Below are positions 12,961 through 25,945 of a stretch of 64,000 nt of DNA, piece after piece; positions within the stretch are counted from its first letter, which is position 1, and the number at the start of each line of letters is the position of its first letter. The translations under genes were made by a program, and so were the position numbers. Under the pieces are notes generated by a model. It was given only the letters and a program-made list of their open reading frames with translations, ran no database searches and was not told the origin of the DNA. This DNA comes from Camelus dromedarius. Taxonomy: Eukaryota. The stretch covers positions 39,310,001 to 39,374,000 of the forward strand of contig NC_087447.1 of NCBI RefSeq assembly GCF_036321535.1. Direction: 5' to 3'.

Positions 12961-13959
12961 TTTTGCACAAATAACAACAAAAAAAAAATCCTCCCCAGCA
13001 ACAGTAGGGTGTTTAATTAGCCCATCTAGCTATTATGTACTTGCATGCCTGCATTTGTCATAAGTAAATTCATTACATAAACTTATAATAATCACTACCA
13101 AATTTACCCAAAAAAGATCTCACCCTAATAAATACATAAAACTGAACATTAGTTATAGTCAGCAGAAACTTGTTTGTTTGCTCATCTACCATTGAAATCA
13201 CTAACCAATTGCCCCCAGAAGAAGAAATTCAAATAGTGATAAATAACCTAGCTGTAATTGCAGAACATGTAAGTAAATCTTGAGTCCTTGCTTGCCTCCT
13301 CTAAACGAAGTGTTTTCCTTTTCATAGGCATTGCCAAATTGCCCTGCAAATGGGTTTTACTCCTATTCACAGCCGCTGGTGCAAATGGAAATGCAGGTGT
13401 AAATTTCCTGGGTTTTTCCTAGGTTTCCTGGGTTTTACTCCTATTCACAAATGCTGGTGTAAATGGGACTCAGCAGGGTCCCTGAGTTTTCAGAGAACAA
13501 AACTGGGTGAGGGTAGATTGAAGAGGATGGAGAACAGAGGCAGGAAAGACAGGTATCTAGGAGCTGAAATCCTACGGGAGAACACTGATATCTGCTTTCT
13601 TGTGCCACAATAAGGCAGGGAAAAGAGGCTCGCAATCATATACCCATCTTCCCAGTTTTTCCAAAGCCTTACCTTGTGGCTTCCTTCAGTGTCGGTCGGA
13701 GAAATCTAGGTCACTTGCGGCACCTACTGTCCATATTGGAGAATGGCCTGCGAACGTCAATGCCTTGGAATTTTTGGTTGTTCCAAGCAGTTTCTACATA
13801 GCTCTCTCCATATCCATGAATTGCTTCTCCTTTTCTCCTACAGCACACCTTCTGAGCTATGAATGGACAGAAAAGTATGGCTTGGGAGGGTGCCTTTGCG
13901 AAAACTGGGGCTCAAAGCCTCCACCTGTTTTTATTTCTGTCAGTGTTTTAGACCCTTGT

Positions 13960-14320
13960 TTCAATTCAGTGAGCTATCAGAGCACTGTGAGTAGGCCCTG
14001 GAGAAACCAAGATGAATGCGATGTGATTCTTCTCTCCAAGAATCTCATAGCCTAGTGGGGCAGTCAGACATACAAGCAAATAATTAAGATGCCAATGGCA
14101 TGATATAGGAAATAAAGACCTGGAGGGACATGTGACGTCTACCAGGGGAACCCAGGGGGCTTCAGAGAGGAGGCGATATTTACCTACAGTTTGGGGATTA
14201 GCAAATCACAGGTGGATAGAAAGATGACCATTTTAGGCAGATAGTATGGCACATGCAAAAAGTAGGGAGGCCAGAACATCTACAGACTGTTCTGGGAGCA
14301 GCAAGAAGTTGGTAACTACT
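13960..14320 (-). mobile_element. L2 fragment
   Basis: Reverse-complement L2 3' region (ctggagaaaccaagatgaat...ctcatagcctagtgggg). Confidence 0.65.
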
Positions 14321-14379
14321 GTTAACAGCTTGTTAGAGACCGTTTTGGGTTTTTCAAGATGCGTTTTTGTATGTATATT

Positions 14380-14720
14380 TGCGGATGGTTGTGTGTCTAT
14401 GACTTACTTTCATTTTACTAAACATCATATTTAGTGTTTAGAATATTTCAGAAATCTCTCCACATTGGTGAATCAAGACCTGCCTTACTCTTTTAACTTC
14501 TGCACAATGTTCCGTCGCGTTGCTCTGTCATAGTCCCTCTTTAGTGCACATTTTAGATGGTTTCCAGTTTTTCACCTTGTATGTCTACTTTTATGAACAC
14601 GTGCAGGGATTTCCTAGAAGGGAAGTTGCTGAGTTAAAGGGTCCCTACATTTTAAATTTTGACTGATGGGACTTAGAGACCTTCCAGAAAGTTTCTATCA
14701 ATTTACATTCCTTATAACAA
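14380..14720 (-). mobile_element. Old L1 (L1ME-type) fragment
   Basis: cacattttagatggtttccagttttt...gggaagttgctgagttaaagg...tatcaatttacattcc. Confidence 0.6.
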
Positions 14721-14869
14721 AGTAGCTAAAGTAAGTCAAATAAGCTAGTAAGTCCTGCAGAATTTTTCCTTTCTGATTTGATCCATGTGTAATGTTTTTC
14801 TCCCTGAAATAATGATCCTGGCAGTAATCCTACATGCACAGAATGATTTGCTTTTTTTGTAGTCATGGC

Positions 14870-15020
14870 AACACCCTCTAAGATTGTTGGTATTATCCCC
14901 ATTTTACAGATGACAAGACACAGAGGCTTGGAGAGGTTGGGCTTTATCCACAGTGCCCCAGGTAGTCCAAACCAGAACTAGAACTCAGCATCCAAAATCC
15001 TAAAGCTCTTGCCACTACTC
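14870..15020 (-). mobile_element. MIR SINE
   Basis: MIR core tattatccccattttacagatga. Confidence 0.75.
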
Positions 15021-15408
15021 TGTTGCTAGGCAACACTTCTCCCTTTCAATTCCCGTGCCAATGCTACTTGTTGCCATGGTACTGCTGGGACAAGGAGCAG
15101 TAAGTTGTAATTAAGCAGTGAGCTAGAATCTTCGCTCCTAGCAGAAAAGGGCCTTTATGCCCTTATGTGTGGGTGGACAGAGAGGGACAGCTGGATGGAG
15201 CTGGCTGGGTATCACGTGTTCCATGTGGGACAGATGTTTGTGTTCACCTCTGGCCACTTGAAGCCATTGCCCAGGAACGCATGGATGGGAGTGCTTTGTA
15301 GGGGCCTTACCTCCTCGTTGTCCTGTCAAAAATCAGCATCCAACTTCAGTGTGGCCCTCTCTTCGCAGTCTAGAAGAAATGGGTTATCATTGTAAATGGC
15401 ACCATTAT

Positions 15409-15635
15409 GGAATTGGATAGACCTGAGTTCAAATCTTATCTCTGCCACTTCCCTGCAAGTTACCTACATTGTCTGAGTCTCAGTTTTCTCACCTGCATGG
15501 GGACAATCATGCTCACCTTGTAGGTTCTATATGCGGATTCAGTGAGATAAGGGACACCAACCATATAGCCAGATGCCCAATATTCACTGCCATTTACTAA
15601 GTGCTCAGTACACTTAGCCAATGTTTGCATTGTTA
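15409..15635 (+). mobile_element. MIR SINE
   Basis: agacctgagttcaaatc...tctgccactt...ctcagttttctcacctg. Confidence 0.8.
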
Positions 15636-15969
15636 TTTTCATCATTCACCCACGCATTCCTCTTTGGATGCTTTGCAGTAATCCAAGGGGTTCCAAAACC
15701 TCTCTAGTATTCCATCACTCAGCACTGAGTTGAGGGATTACACATCTCGGCATGTTTTTATCTTTAGACAAGAACACTTACAAACAGATTTTCAAAAGAT
15801 CGGCTGTAATGAGGTTCTGAACCTCAGAAATGCATTATCTGCCCCAGGAATGAGTCATCTGTGGTAGGAGGAAAAGTGAAACTGTTTTTCAAAGAGGACA
15901 CAATGGAAATTACACAATTCAAATTACTGCAATTGCCTTTTCAGCTGAATCCAAGGGAAATTTTTTTTT

Positions 15970-16330
15970 AATTCATTCACTTGACTTTTTGAACGCCTAT
16001 GATATGTCAGGCCCCATGCAGAGAGTGACTAGATGAACAGAATGTGGCCCTTGCCCCAGGGAGCTCATGGATTAGCAGGGGAGACAGGCACTTATAATAA
16101 TTACAGCAATGTGACAGCTGCTATAATGAGGTCTGGGGATGGTACGGTGGGGACACAGTGCAGGAAGTCCTTAACTAGGCTGGGGTGGTGAGAAGGGGAG
16201 GATCAGGAGACATTTCACAGAGTTGGGGCCAGCTGAGCAGAGAGACAAAGGGCAAAGGCACTTAGGCAGAGAGAATGATGAGGAAATAGGAGACAGCATG
16301 GTGTATTCAGCCTGGGGCACAGCAGAGAGG
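15970..16330 (-). mobile_element. L2 fragment with 3' end
   Basis: attcattcac...ttgaacgcctatgatatgtcaggc...ggcccttgccccagggagctca. Confidence 0.65.
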
Positions 16331-17034
16331 GACAGATGCCTGTGTGTGGCTGCTGGTCTGGCTGGCCATCAGGATGCCTCACTGAGTGAATCCACCCCAG
16401 TAGCTGTGGACTGCACGCCTCATGGGGATGCCGTGCACATGGACCACGATATGCATGTCACCTCCTGGCATTGTGCAATGCAGAGTCCTCCACACCAAGC
16501 TCTGGGGCTGGCCCTTTTTAAGACTGAGGAGGTGCCAATGTGTGTGCATGTGGGTGGACTGGGGAGAGGAGCAGAGGAAGACAGCGACACCACACACATC
16601 TTCCTAGTGGTGCCTGAATGGACAGTGGAAGGCTTTGGGGCATAAAGGACTGTGTTGAGCAGACTCCGTGATTCAACACCTCCATTTCCAGCCCAGTAGG
16701 AACCCCTCTCAAATTCTGCTGAGTCTGGATGGACTCAAGGGCATGAAGTTTAGCACAATTGTCCTTGAACTTAACCTTGGCTGGATGGAGGCTAGGTTCT
16801 TCTCTACTTTCCAGATTTCGTAGTCTAGAATAAGAAGCAATGAACTTAGGAACCAGCCCTCCCTCACAACATGCATCTCACTGCTAGTAACCTGTTATTA
16901 AGTTTGTCCGGAGTGTATTACTGGGTGAGGTTAGCTCCCATTGTATTATGCTTTGAAATGCACCCCTCACCAGGCAAATATGTGTGGGGCAGGGAAAAGA
17001 GGCCCAGAAGTCTTACTGTACAAATTAGGATGAG

Positions 17035-17240
17035 ATCAGTGAAATTCTAAAGTGGCTCTTCACTACTTGCTGCACAATCTTGGGCAAATCACTAAAATCT
17101 CCGTTTTCTCAAACAGGTGTAACAATAGTGCCTATCTTGAGGTTGTTTCCAAAATTAATCTGATAATAACACACGTAAACTGCTTAGCACCCTGCTTGGT
17201 ACAGATAAGCTCTCAGGAATATTAACTATAGTGGTATTGT
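17035..17240 (+). mobile_element. MIR SINE
   Basis: ctcttcactacttgctgcacaatcttgggcaaatcacta...gtaaactgcttagcac. Confidence 0.7.
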
Positions 17241-18749
17241 TTTATTTGTATTGATAAAATGTCTGAGTATTTCTAAGAAAGGATCAAAGATAAGCTGACA
17301 GTTTGGGGCAGTGACCCTCATCACCGAGCACAATCTGGGCCATACTAACCTGACACACCCCCAGCCCCATCTCTCATTTTTTTTTTTAAGTGTAGGTTCA
17401 AAGGAATAGCCAATTGCTCTATCAAGCCAGGAGTGGGGTCACTGTGGTTGGCATCTTTCAACTGCCTGAGAGACAACGGGTCAGACGGAACACTGCTTTC
17501 CCATTCCAGTCCTGAGTAAGTGTCCCCATCATGACCAGCCAGCCAGGGAGGGTCCAGAGGAGAACATCTGCCTTTGCACCCACTCCTTTCTCCATGAGAA
17601 GACCCAGCAGCCACGGGAGCCTAACCACAAGCTTGGCCTCGCACTGCTAGGAGGGGAAGAGAGTGGGTATGCCATACCTCCTGTCCTGGAGCCGGATCTA
17701 AGCAAAGGGCCTTTATTTTAAGGTCCTGAGCGTCAAGAAAGCTTTCTTTGAACTACTCTTGGGCTGAGGAGGTTGGAGATGAGTTCTTCCTGCTGTCAGG
17801 GTAGTTATGCTGGATGGTCTACTGGCAGCTCAGCACCATCCCCCGTCTTCTTTACTCTCCCCTGTTGTGAGGGCTGGAAGCCTGAGGGCTGGAATATTCC
17901 AGAACCCCTTGCCAGGGTTCTGTGCTAGATTCCACAACTTAGAGGTGCTTGCACAAGGCTTGGAATTCGGAAAATAGGTGGAGGCCATTGCAGTGCTCCT
18001 CTGGCAGAGAAGAGCAGACAAGTGGTTTTAGCAGATGTGAGGCGCTGCAAAGGCTCAGGCTTTCCTCTTTGAATCACCAGCCCTGGGGCTGCAGCCAGCT
18101 GAGATCATTGCTAATTTCCTCTGGCTCCTGTGATTTCCTGCTTCTGAGACCTAGAGTTAGTGTCAGAGCCAGCCAAGGCTTTCCCTGACTTTTGCTTCTC
18201 AGACACTTTCAACTGTTCGGCAAGCGTCGAATTCCCTCAACTAAATCTCCTTCTGCTTAACATACCTAGAAAGCTATTTCTGTTTTCCTGACCAACAGAA
18301 AGTGCCTGGCCTGTAAAGTCTTATCGTCTGGATGGAGAACTTGGACCTTGCTTTTTTCCCGCATTATGGAATCTTCACTGAAGTAATTCAGGCAAATTAA
18401 CAGTCTTTGAGTCTTATTTCTGCCCCAGTGACCCAAAAACACTTCTTTATTTTCAGGAGGTAAAAACAGAAAGAACAGGTCTCCCTGCACAAAGACAGAA
18501 CCCGGTGCTTCCTATCAATTTGAAACACCTTTAAAAAACGTAAATACCTACTGGGAAACTAATGCTCCATAAATTACTTTGATTTGATAATCAACTCATC
18601 TAACTCATAACTAATATCATCTCAGAAAAAAGCTTAATTTTATGCATAAAAAGCATTATAAATGCATTACCAGTTATCAGAATAAAAGAAAAATGCACCC
18701 ATATTTTAAGCATCCTGACAAGTCGTTTTGAGTTTTTCATTGCCTGCTT

Positions 18750-19100
18750 GCCTTAACCACATGCATATGTAATTTTATGTAGCACTTCTGTGAAAACACA
18801 ATTTTATAATTTGCTTTTTTGTACTTAACAGTACATTAATAAAATTTCCATCTTGTTATGTAGACTTCCTAATTGTCACGTTTAATTACTTCATAATATT
18901 TAGTTGAGTGAATCAATCGCAATTTACTAACATTTTCCCCCATGGCTGAATATTTAGGCAGGTTCTAATTATTTTATTAGTGTGCTTAATGCTTCAGTGC
19001 ACATCTTTTTACTTCTGTTGATTTATCTCCTCAGGATAAATTCCCGTGAGTGGAATTTCTAGGGCAGGAAGCCTAATTGACACCTCTGGAATGGATTTCC
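18750..19100 (-). mobile_element. Old L1 (L1ME-type) fragment
   Basis: aatttactaaca...gaatatttaggcaggttc...ggataaattcccgtgagtggaatttctaggg. Confidence 0.55.
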
Positions 19101-19324
19101 AATCTCCTCTCATCCAACCCCTACGGTTTTATGCTTGATTAGTTACTTGAATGGGATAGAAGGAACAAGGGAGAAGTAATCAGAGATCCTAGAGTTCTTC
19201 TAAAGTCAGACTGGCTTAGATGTGGCAGACTTTGGGCCACCAGGTAGCTATGCCAGGAGAAGTCATCCTGAGAGACTGGGTAGAGAGACTCCTGGATCAG
19301 GAAAGACCCAGAGGTAACCCTCAA

Positions 19325-19724
19325 CTTTGAGTTAATTGCAACAGCAAACAGCCCCCAACTTTTAACATAATGAATAAGCTTACTTCTCATTTCGTGATAG
19401 GCAGGGTGAGAGACCTCCAGTTATCCAGGCTATCTTATCCTAAGGCTTCACCCTGGTAGGGTTCCTGGTATCCTTTCCACGCAGCCAGCAATGGGAAAGA
19501 GATTATTACATTGTGGTGGTGGTGGTGGTGGTGGTGGTGGGGGCGTGGAATATATGGGTCGGACTGTAAGTGGCCTCCATCACTTCTGCTCATATTCCAC
19601 TGTGCAGAGCCCCATCACAAAGCCCTCACTTAACTGCAAGGGAGGCTGGAAAGTGTAGTTTATGTGTGTGCCCAGGAGGAAGAGGGGAATGTAGATGCCG
19701 GTGTGCACCAACAGTCCCTGCCAG
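19325..19724 (-). mobile_element. MaLR solo LTR (MLT1J/K/L-like) with internal (GGT)n
   Basis: catcacttctgccatattccact...aactgcaagggaggctggaaagtgtagt...gtgtgcccaggagg is characteristic of old MLT1. Confidence 0.7.
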
Positions 19725-21011
19725 AGTCTTTTTTACAATTTAGCCTGTCAAACCTGAGAACAGGAAGGAGGCAGTGGAGAAAAGTGGAACTCTGCTGCTT
19801 GCACATGTTTTGCATGCAGAACAATGCAAACAGAATGTGCCTTTCCAGATGCTGGCAGGTTTAAGCAATGGCTGCAGTATCACACAATTCCTGGGATATT
19901 CCCCCCCACCCCCATAATCAACACGGGAAGAGGGACAAAAGGAGTCACTTTTCACTTTTTCCTGGATTTCAGGGGAAGCAGACACTAGAAATATTACTTG
20001 CTGACCCCTGCTCTTTTCCTTCCCCCTCTACACCCTGGTTCCTTCCGTTCTGAAGCCTCATCACCTGGTTCTGGTTCCAAGTCTCTAATTCCATTTTTCC
20101 AGTTTCCGGATCTCAGTCTTCCTTTCCTATTTATTGGATTTCATTATATGTGAGTCATTGTGTTAAGAACTTTATATACGTAATGGGAAGAAAAAATATT
20201 GCTACAGTTAGGTGGCAGAAATCCATTAAGAGGAGAAAACTCTCTTTCTGTCAGGGACACACCTCAGTGGACTTGTTTGGCTGTAAAAATGGAAGCATCT
20301 CTGAGCAGAATCAAACAGAAATAAGTTTAGCATAAAACAAACAAGCGAAAACGGTGGGAGTTGGGGGAAGGGGGACTGCTCTCCATGATGGAGTGAAAAG
20401 AAAAGTTTTGGAGAATTTTAGAGATGTCTTCTGCTGGGTCCTTAAGATGGTACTGGTGATTTGGAAAAGGAGATAAATATTTTAACTCTGGCTGTACATT
20501 AAAATTACATTGGGGACTGTGACTTTTGAGACTTTTTTAAAAATTGAAAACAATCAAAATCTAGTGTACTTACAGAAAATTATACAAATCATACATGTAC
20601 AGCCTGATGGGTGTTCACAAACAAGCATACCTGTGCAATCATCACTCAGATGAAGGAAGTAAACATTACCAGTATCCAGAAGTCCCCTCCCTGTCCCTTC
20701 CCAGGTAGTAGCCACTACCTTGGTTTCTAATGCCATGGATTAGTTTTGCCTGCTTTTGAATTTTATAAAAATGAACTAATAAAAAACGTGAACTTTTTTT
20801 GTTGGACTTCTCTTTTTTCACATCATTTTTGTGAGATCCAGCTGTGTTGATACAAGTGTTAGGAATTTGGTCATTTTCATTCAGGCACAGCATGAATCTA
20901 GCATTAATGCTTAGTGTAGGTATTCATCAATATTTTTGTTCATCACTGATGGACATTTGTGTTGTTTCCAGTGTTCGGCGATTTTTAATTTTGCTATTTG
21001 GAACATTCCTT

Positions 21012-22495
21012 AAAAAAATTTTTAAATTATGGTAAAATATATGGAACATAAAATCTTAATGATTTTAAAAGTGTACAATTCAGTGGCATTAATTCACTAT
21101 CTACTATCTGCTTCTAGGACATTTTTAAAACAGCAACTTTATTGAGTTTTAACTCACCTATCATACAATTCACCTATTTAAAGTGTAAAATTCAATGGGT
21201 TTTAGTGTACTCATAGAGTTATGCAACGATCACTGCAATCAAGTTTAGAACATTTTTATCCCCCCAAAAAGAAATGTCAAACCCATCAACAGTCACTGTT
21301 TATTTTGGCCTATCACCTCCCCTACCTTATCCCACCCCCACCAGCCTTAGGCAGTCACTCATCTACTTTCTTTTTATACAGTTGTTTTTTTTTTTTTTTT
21401 TTTTTTGGCAGGGGCTGGAGGAGGTAATTAGGTTTATTTATTTTTTAAGTGGAGGTACTGGGGACTGAACCCAGGACTTCGTGCATGCTAAGCATGTGCT
21501 CTACCACTGAGCTACACCATCCCCTCTTCATCTACTATCTCTGTAGATTTATAAATGGCCCTATTCTGGACAATTCATATAAGCAGAATCATACATTATA
21601 AAGTATTTTGTGACTGGTTTCTTTCACTTGGCATAACATTTTCGAGCACGTCATAGCATGCATTAGTACTTCATTTCTTTTTATCGCTGAATCACAGTCC
21701 ATTGTATGAATATAAACATTTCACTTCTCCTTTAATCAATTGATGGACATTTGGGTTGTTTCCAGTTTGGGGCTATTATGAATAATGCTGCTATAAACAT
21801 TTGTGCTCAACTGTTTCTCTGAACATATGTTTTCATTTCTCTTGCCTATGTATACCCAGGAGTGGAATTAGTGGGTAATATGGTAACTCTTATGTTTAAC
21901 GTTTTCAGAAACCGCCAAACTGTTTTCCAAAGTGGGCTCAGCTATTCTACAGTAATGCCAGTAGTGCACGAAGGTTCTAATTTCTTTCATCCTCACTAAG
22001 GCTTGTCATTATCACCTTTTTGACTACAGCCATTATAGTAGGTGTGAAGTGGTATCTCATTGTGTTTTTATTTGCATTCTCTGCTGTCTAATGATGCTGA
22101 GCATTTTTTCATGTGGTTATTGGCCATTTGCATCTCTTTTACGGAGAAATGACTATTCAGATCCTTTGGGTTGTTCTTATTATTGGGTTGCAAGAGTTCT
22201 TTCTACATTCTAGATATAAATTCCTTATCAGATATACGATTTGCAAATAGCTTCTCCGTCTTGCAGACTGTCTTTCCACTTTCTTGATATTATCATTTGC
22301 AGCACTAATGTTTTAAGTGTTGATGCAGTATGACTTACCTTTTTTCTTCTTTTGTTGCTTGTACTTTAGGTAACACGTCTAAAAATCCATTGTTTAATAA
22401 AAAAATCAATTGTTTACAAAGATTTATGCCTATGTTTTCTTCTCAAAGTTTATAGTTTTAGTTCTTACATTTTGATCTTTGATCCATTTTTTTCC
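21012..22495 (-). mobile_element. L1MB-type 3' UTR/ORF2 fragment(s) nested in the older L1
   Basis: caactttattgag...aaagtgtaaaattcaatggg...gatggacatttgggttgtttccagtttggggctattatgaataatgctgct. Confidence 0.85.
21372..21524 (-). mobile_element. tRNA-Ala(AGC)-derived SINE (camelid vic-1-like)
   Basis: Minus strand reads GTGTAGCTCAGTGGTAGAGCACATGCTTAGCATGCACGAAGTCCTGGGTTCAGTCCCCAGTACCTCCA plus A-rich tail. TSD tcatctact(t/a)tct at 21359-21371 and 21528-21540. Confidence 0.9.
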
Positions 22496-22891
22496 CTTAA
22501 TATTCTTGCATCTGACTTTTGGTGAATATATGTACACATTTCTGTTGGCTATATACGTAAGAATGGAATTACTGGGATATAAGGTTTTGTATGTTCAGCT
22601 ATAATCTTGCAAAAATAATTCTTCAAAGTGGTTGTACCAATTTATCATCTGACTCACAGTGTGTGAGAGTTTCAGTTATTCTACGTCCTTGTCAGCACTT
22701 AGTACTGTCAGTCTTTTTCATTTTAGCCTTTCTAGGAATGTTTACTGGTATTATTCTGTGGTTTTCTTAAGCATTCCTTTGATGGCTACTGAAATTTAAA
22801 ATATTTGTATGCTTTTTAGCCTTTTGAACATTTCTTTTGTGAAGTGCTTTTTTGAGGTTTTTTTGCCTAATTTTTCTTACTGTAAGAGTTC

Positions 22892-23206
22892 TGTTTTAGT
22901 AATCTAATGCCACATAGCAAAACACCCTGAATCTTTGGTGGCGATGATTTATTATTGATTTCTAAGAATGATAAAAGATTTATAAAACAATAATTAATCA
23001 CTTTTTAGTGTGCGGTTTGGTGAGTTAGCTGGTGCTGCCTCTGCCTGCTTTGTCTGGGCTTACTCACATGACTACATTCGGCTGGAAAGTTGGCTGACTG
23101 TGGAGAAATAGACTCTGTCTCCGTGTAAGACAAATGGCAAAGTCTCATTGTCAAAGAGTCTACCTACTGGGATGGAGGGACTTTGTGACCATTCAAAAGT
23201 TTGCCA
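22892..23206 (-). mobile_element. MaLR LTR fragment (MLT1G/H/I-like)
   Basis: tgttttagtaatctaatgccacatagcaaaacaccc...ctgggcttactcacatg...gcaaagtctcattg. Confidence 0.6.
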
Positions 23207-23247
23207 AAGATTTTTCACATGTTCTAGATAGGAGCCCTTTTTTGAGA

Positions 23248-23322
23248 TATATATATATATATATATTTATTTATTTATTTATTTTTGTATATACACACAC
23301 ACACACACAAACACATATATGT
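23248..23322. repeat. Compound (TA)n(ATTT)n(CA)n microsatellite
   Basis: Read directly. Confidence 0.9.
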
Positions 23323-25294
23323 ATATTTTTCCTCCAACTCTGGCTTGCCTTTTCTATCTCTTAATAGGGTCATCTGATAAACAGAAGTTCTTAATTTTAA
23401 GCTTATCCAATTTATCAATCTCTTCCTTTATGATTAGTGCTTTTTGTGTCCTGTTTAAGAACACAAAATCATTAAATATTAAAAAAATTTGTCTATTCCA
23501 AGGTCATAAAGATATCCTTCTATGTTATCTTCATGAAGCTTTATTGTTCACATTAACTGCATTTAGATTTAAAACCCACCTTGTTTTGATTTTTTGTATA
23601 TAGCCTGTGGTAGGGATCGATTTATATGCTTTTCCATATTGTGATACAAATAATAACACAATTTATCAAAAAGGCCGTCCTGTCTCCACTACACATTGTC
23701 ATAATTCAACTGTCCACGTATGTGTGGGTCTGTTTCTGGAATCTCTATTCTGCTCCACTGGTCTGTTTGCATATTCTTGCACCAATACCACATTAAATGC
23801 TGTAGCTTTATATAAAAAGTCTTAAAATCTGGGAGTGAAAGTCATCAATTTTTGTTTTTCTTAAGGTACACTGACTCATCTTGGTCCTTGGCATTTCCAG
23901 GTAAATTTTAGATTCATGACTGAGAGAGAAGGAAAGGCCATGTGCAGCCCACCACGTTTCTATACCTCTCTTCTCTTTGCTTTTGGAATATGACTTCCTG
24001 AAAAAAACACTCGTTCTATTTGCTTCTCCAAGTCCTAGTTTCACAGGACTCCCCCCACCTTCCCCTGCAAGGGAGGCCTGTGGTTTTCTGGCACTGTCTG
24101 GTGGGCAAGTCCAATTCATGGATGAGGAAGCCCTGTTAGCTAATATTACAAAGGATTGCCTACCTACCTCTGTAATAAAACAAAACTAAGGCAAACAAAA
24201 CAAAACAAAACAAAAACCCCAAACACACAGGATATATTTTGGTCTCCTTTCATCCTACCACTGAATCTCTCAATTGGTGTTGCACTAACACAAGGAGAAG
24301 AAAGGCTATTTTTGGATTCCCCCAAACCTGTGAGGAATTACAAGGGATGATGATAACTCTTGACATTCAGTGTTCTGCCTGCGCTGCAATTACTCTTTGT
24401 TTTGTCCACCTCTTTAGTAAAAGCCACTCATACACCCATGTGCCTTCAGCCGGCGGCTCCCTGGGGAATGAAGGAATAGAGGTGGCTGGCTCAGGGCTCC
24501 TCACAGGGAGGAAGATGAGCTGGGGAGCAGCATTCAGGAGCCCTGGAGGGTGGGGGAGGCTGGGGCACAGGCCGAGTGAGGAGCGGCAGTCAGAGAGAGT
24601 GCCGTCCTCTGCATATTCATGAAAAGTGATTCCCAGAGGAGTGCCAGTGATACACGTATATCGATAAGTACACACTGCACAACAAATTAGATTACTCCTC
24701 CCTACAACTATTTGTCCCTCTTTACAGATGTAGATTAGAAAGTCTTGAAAGTCCATTTGTTCTATGACAATAAATTTGAAAAAGAACAGGGGAGAGCAGC
24801 ATCCCCCTTCCCCCACACAGGCACACCTGTCCCCAGGGACCTGCAGAGACAGTGTCCTTGGAAGTGCTGGAGTGCTGGCTCTGGGAGGATTGCATTTGGA
24901 ATCACGCGGGGACCTGTGGGCTTTCCAGGGAAAAATGGCCAAGCCTGGGTCTGTGGCCAGCATCAGGGAGCTGGGTGGAAGCCAAGCCCATGCCTCCAGA
25001 TATCCCCTCATCTCTCATCATCGACATGAGCTTGTGTCACTGACCGTGAGGCAGAGCCATGGCAGGTGCTCTCCATGCAGCCAAGCAAGGACCTTCTCAA
25101 ATGTCATATTTAGAATGACCGACAGAAGGATGTTTGCCTGTGTCATGGGACCGTGCTGACCTGCATCTGAATAGTTCCGTGTGGATGCCCTCAGGATACT
25201 GGCAGGCCCTTTTAAAACAGAGGATGTGTTTCTTAACAGGTTGTAGCTTAAAGAAGAAAAACCCAGCATCCATATTTGAGTGGGGTTGGACAGT

Positions 25295-25420
25295 AGGGAA
25301 TCACATTCCCAACCTATAGATGAGGAAACTGAGGCCTAGAGGGATTAAGTGATTTGCTCAAAACCACAAATATAGATAGTGATGGGGCCAGCTTTTGGAC
25401 TGGTCATTTTAAGTACAAAC
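25295..25420 (-). mobile_element. MIR SINE
   Basis: atagatgaggaaactgaggcctagagggattaagtgatttgctcaa. Confidence 0.85.
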
Positions 25421-25506
25421 CCTGTGTCTTTAGCCAATCTCCATACCACCTCAGAAAAATTATTGCCACAGATAGAGAAAAGGCCCCTATACTCTAAATT
25501 TTTCAT

Positions 25507-25945
25507 GTGCCCAGTGCAGATCTACTTTAAGCCCATCTCCACCCTGCTCTGTGCAGTTTGAGGCTGACCTTTGTGGACTGCATCCAAGGGCTCTTTTGCC
25601 TTCTAGCTTCCAGCTGGACGTGGCCAGGCAAGAGGTCAGAGGGCAGGAAGAGAGTAAGGGTGGGCTGTTTATTTTCCTGAGCCATGGACTGGCTGTGTCC
25701 CTTGGCTGACAGCCACAGTCTGCTCCAGTGTCCCTTTCCTGCAGCTGCTCTCTCTGAGTTCTGGTACCCTCTCCCTTCCCTTGTCCCCTCAGCCTCGGGC
25801 TGGTTCCCTTCTCTTCTCATGCCAGGGTGCTGCATTACGCTGTGGTTTCCCTTAACCCTTCTAAGTAATCCCTTCTGAAATTCTCTTTACTTACCTGTTT
25901 GTTGGAGGGTAACATCTGCTCTCTGCTGGGACCCTGAATGGTCCA
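25507..25945 (+). mobile_element. ERVL solo LTR (LTR33-like)
   Basis: tctccaccctgctctgtg...gaggctgacctttgtggactgcatc...ttgccttctagcttcc, ending ctgctgggaccctga. Confidence 0.75.

Larger units (their letters stand above)
20535..23915 (-). mobile_element. Old L1 (L1MD/ME-type) host in three pieces (~20535-21010, 22500-22890, 23207-23915)
   Basis: L1 3' UTR and ORF2 antisense sequence is collinear across the interruptions (…ggaacattc | attcttgca…). Confidence 0.75.

Noticed and set aside
19513..19543. (GGT)n possible G-quadruplex
   Set aside because: A simple microsatellite inside an LTR, with mostly two-G runs.
21450..21524. Possible tRNA-Ala gene (also 29910 and 49378-49452)
   Set aside because: TSDs, A-rich tails and disrupted stems/B boxes indicate SINE copies.
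24367..25011. Longest ORF (214 aa, minus strand)
   Set aside because: No recognisable domain, and ORFs overlap in several frames in GC-richer DNA, consistent with chance.
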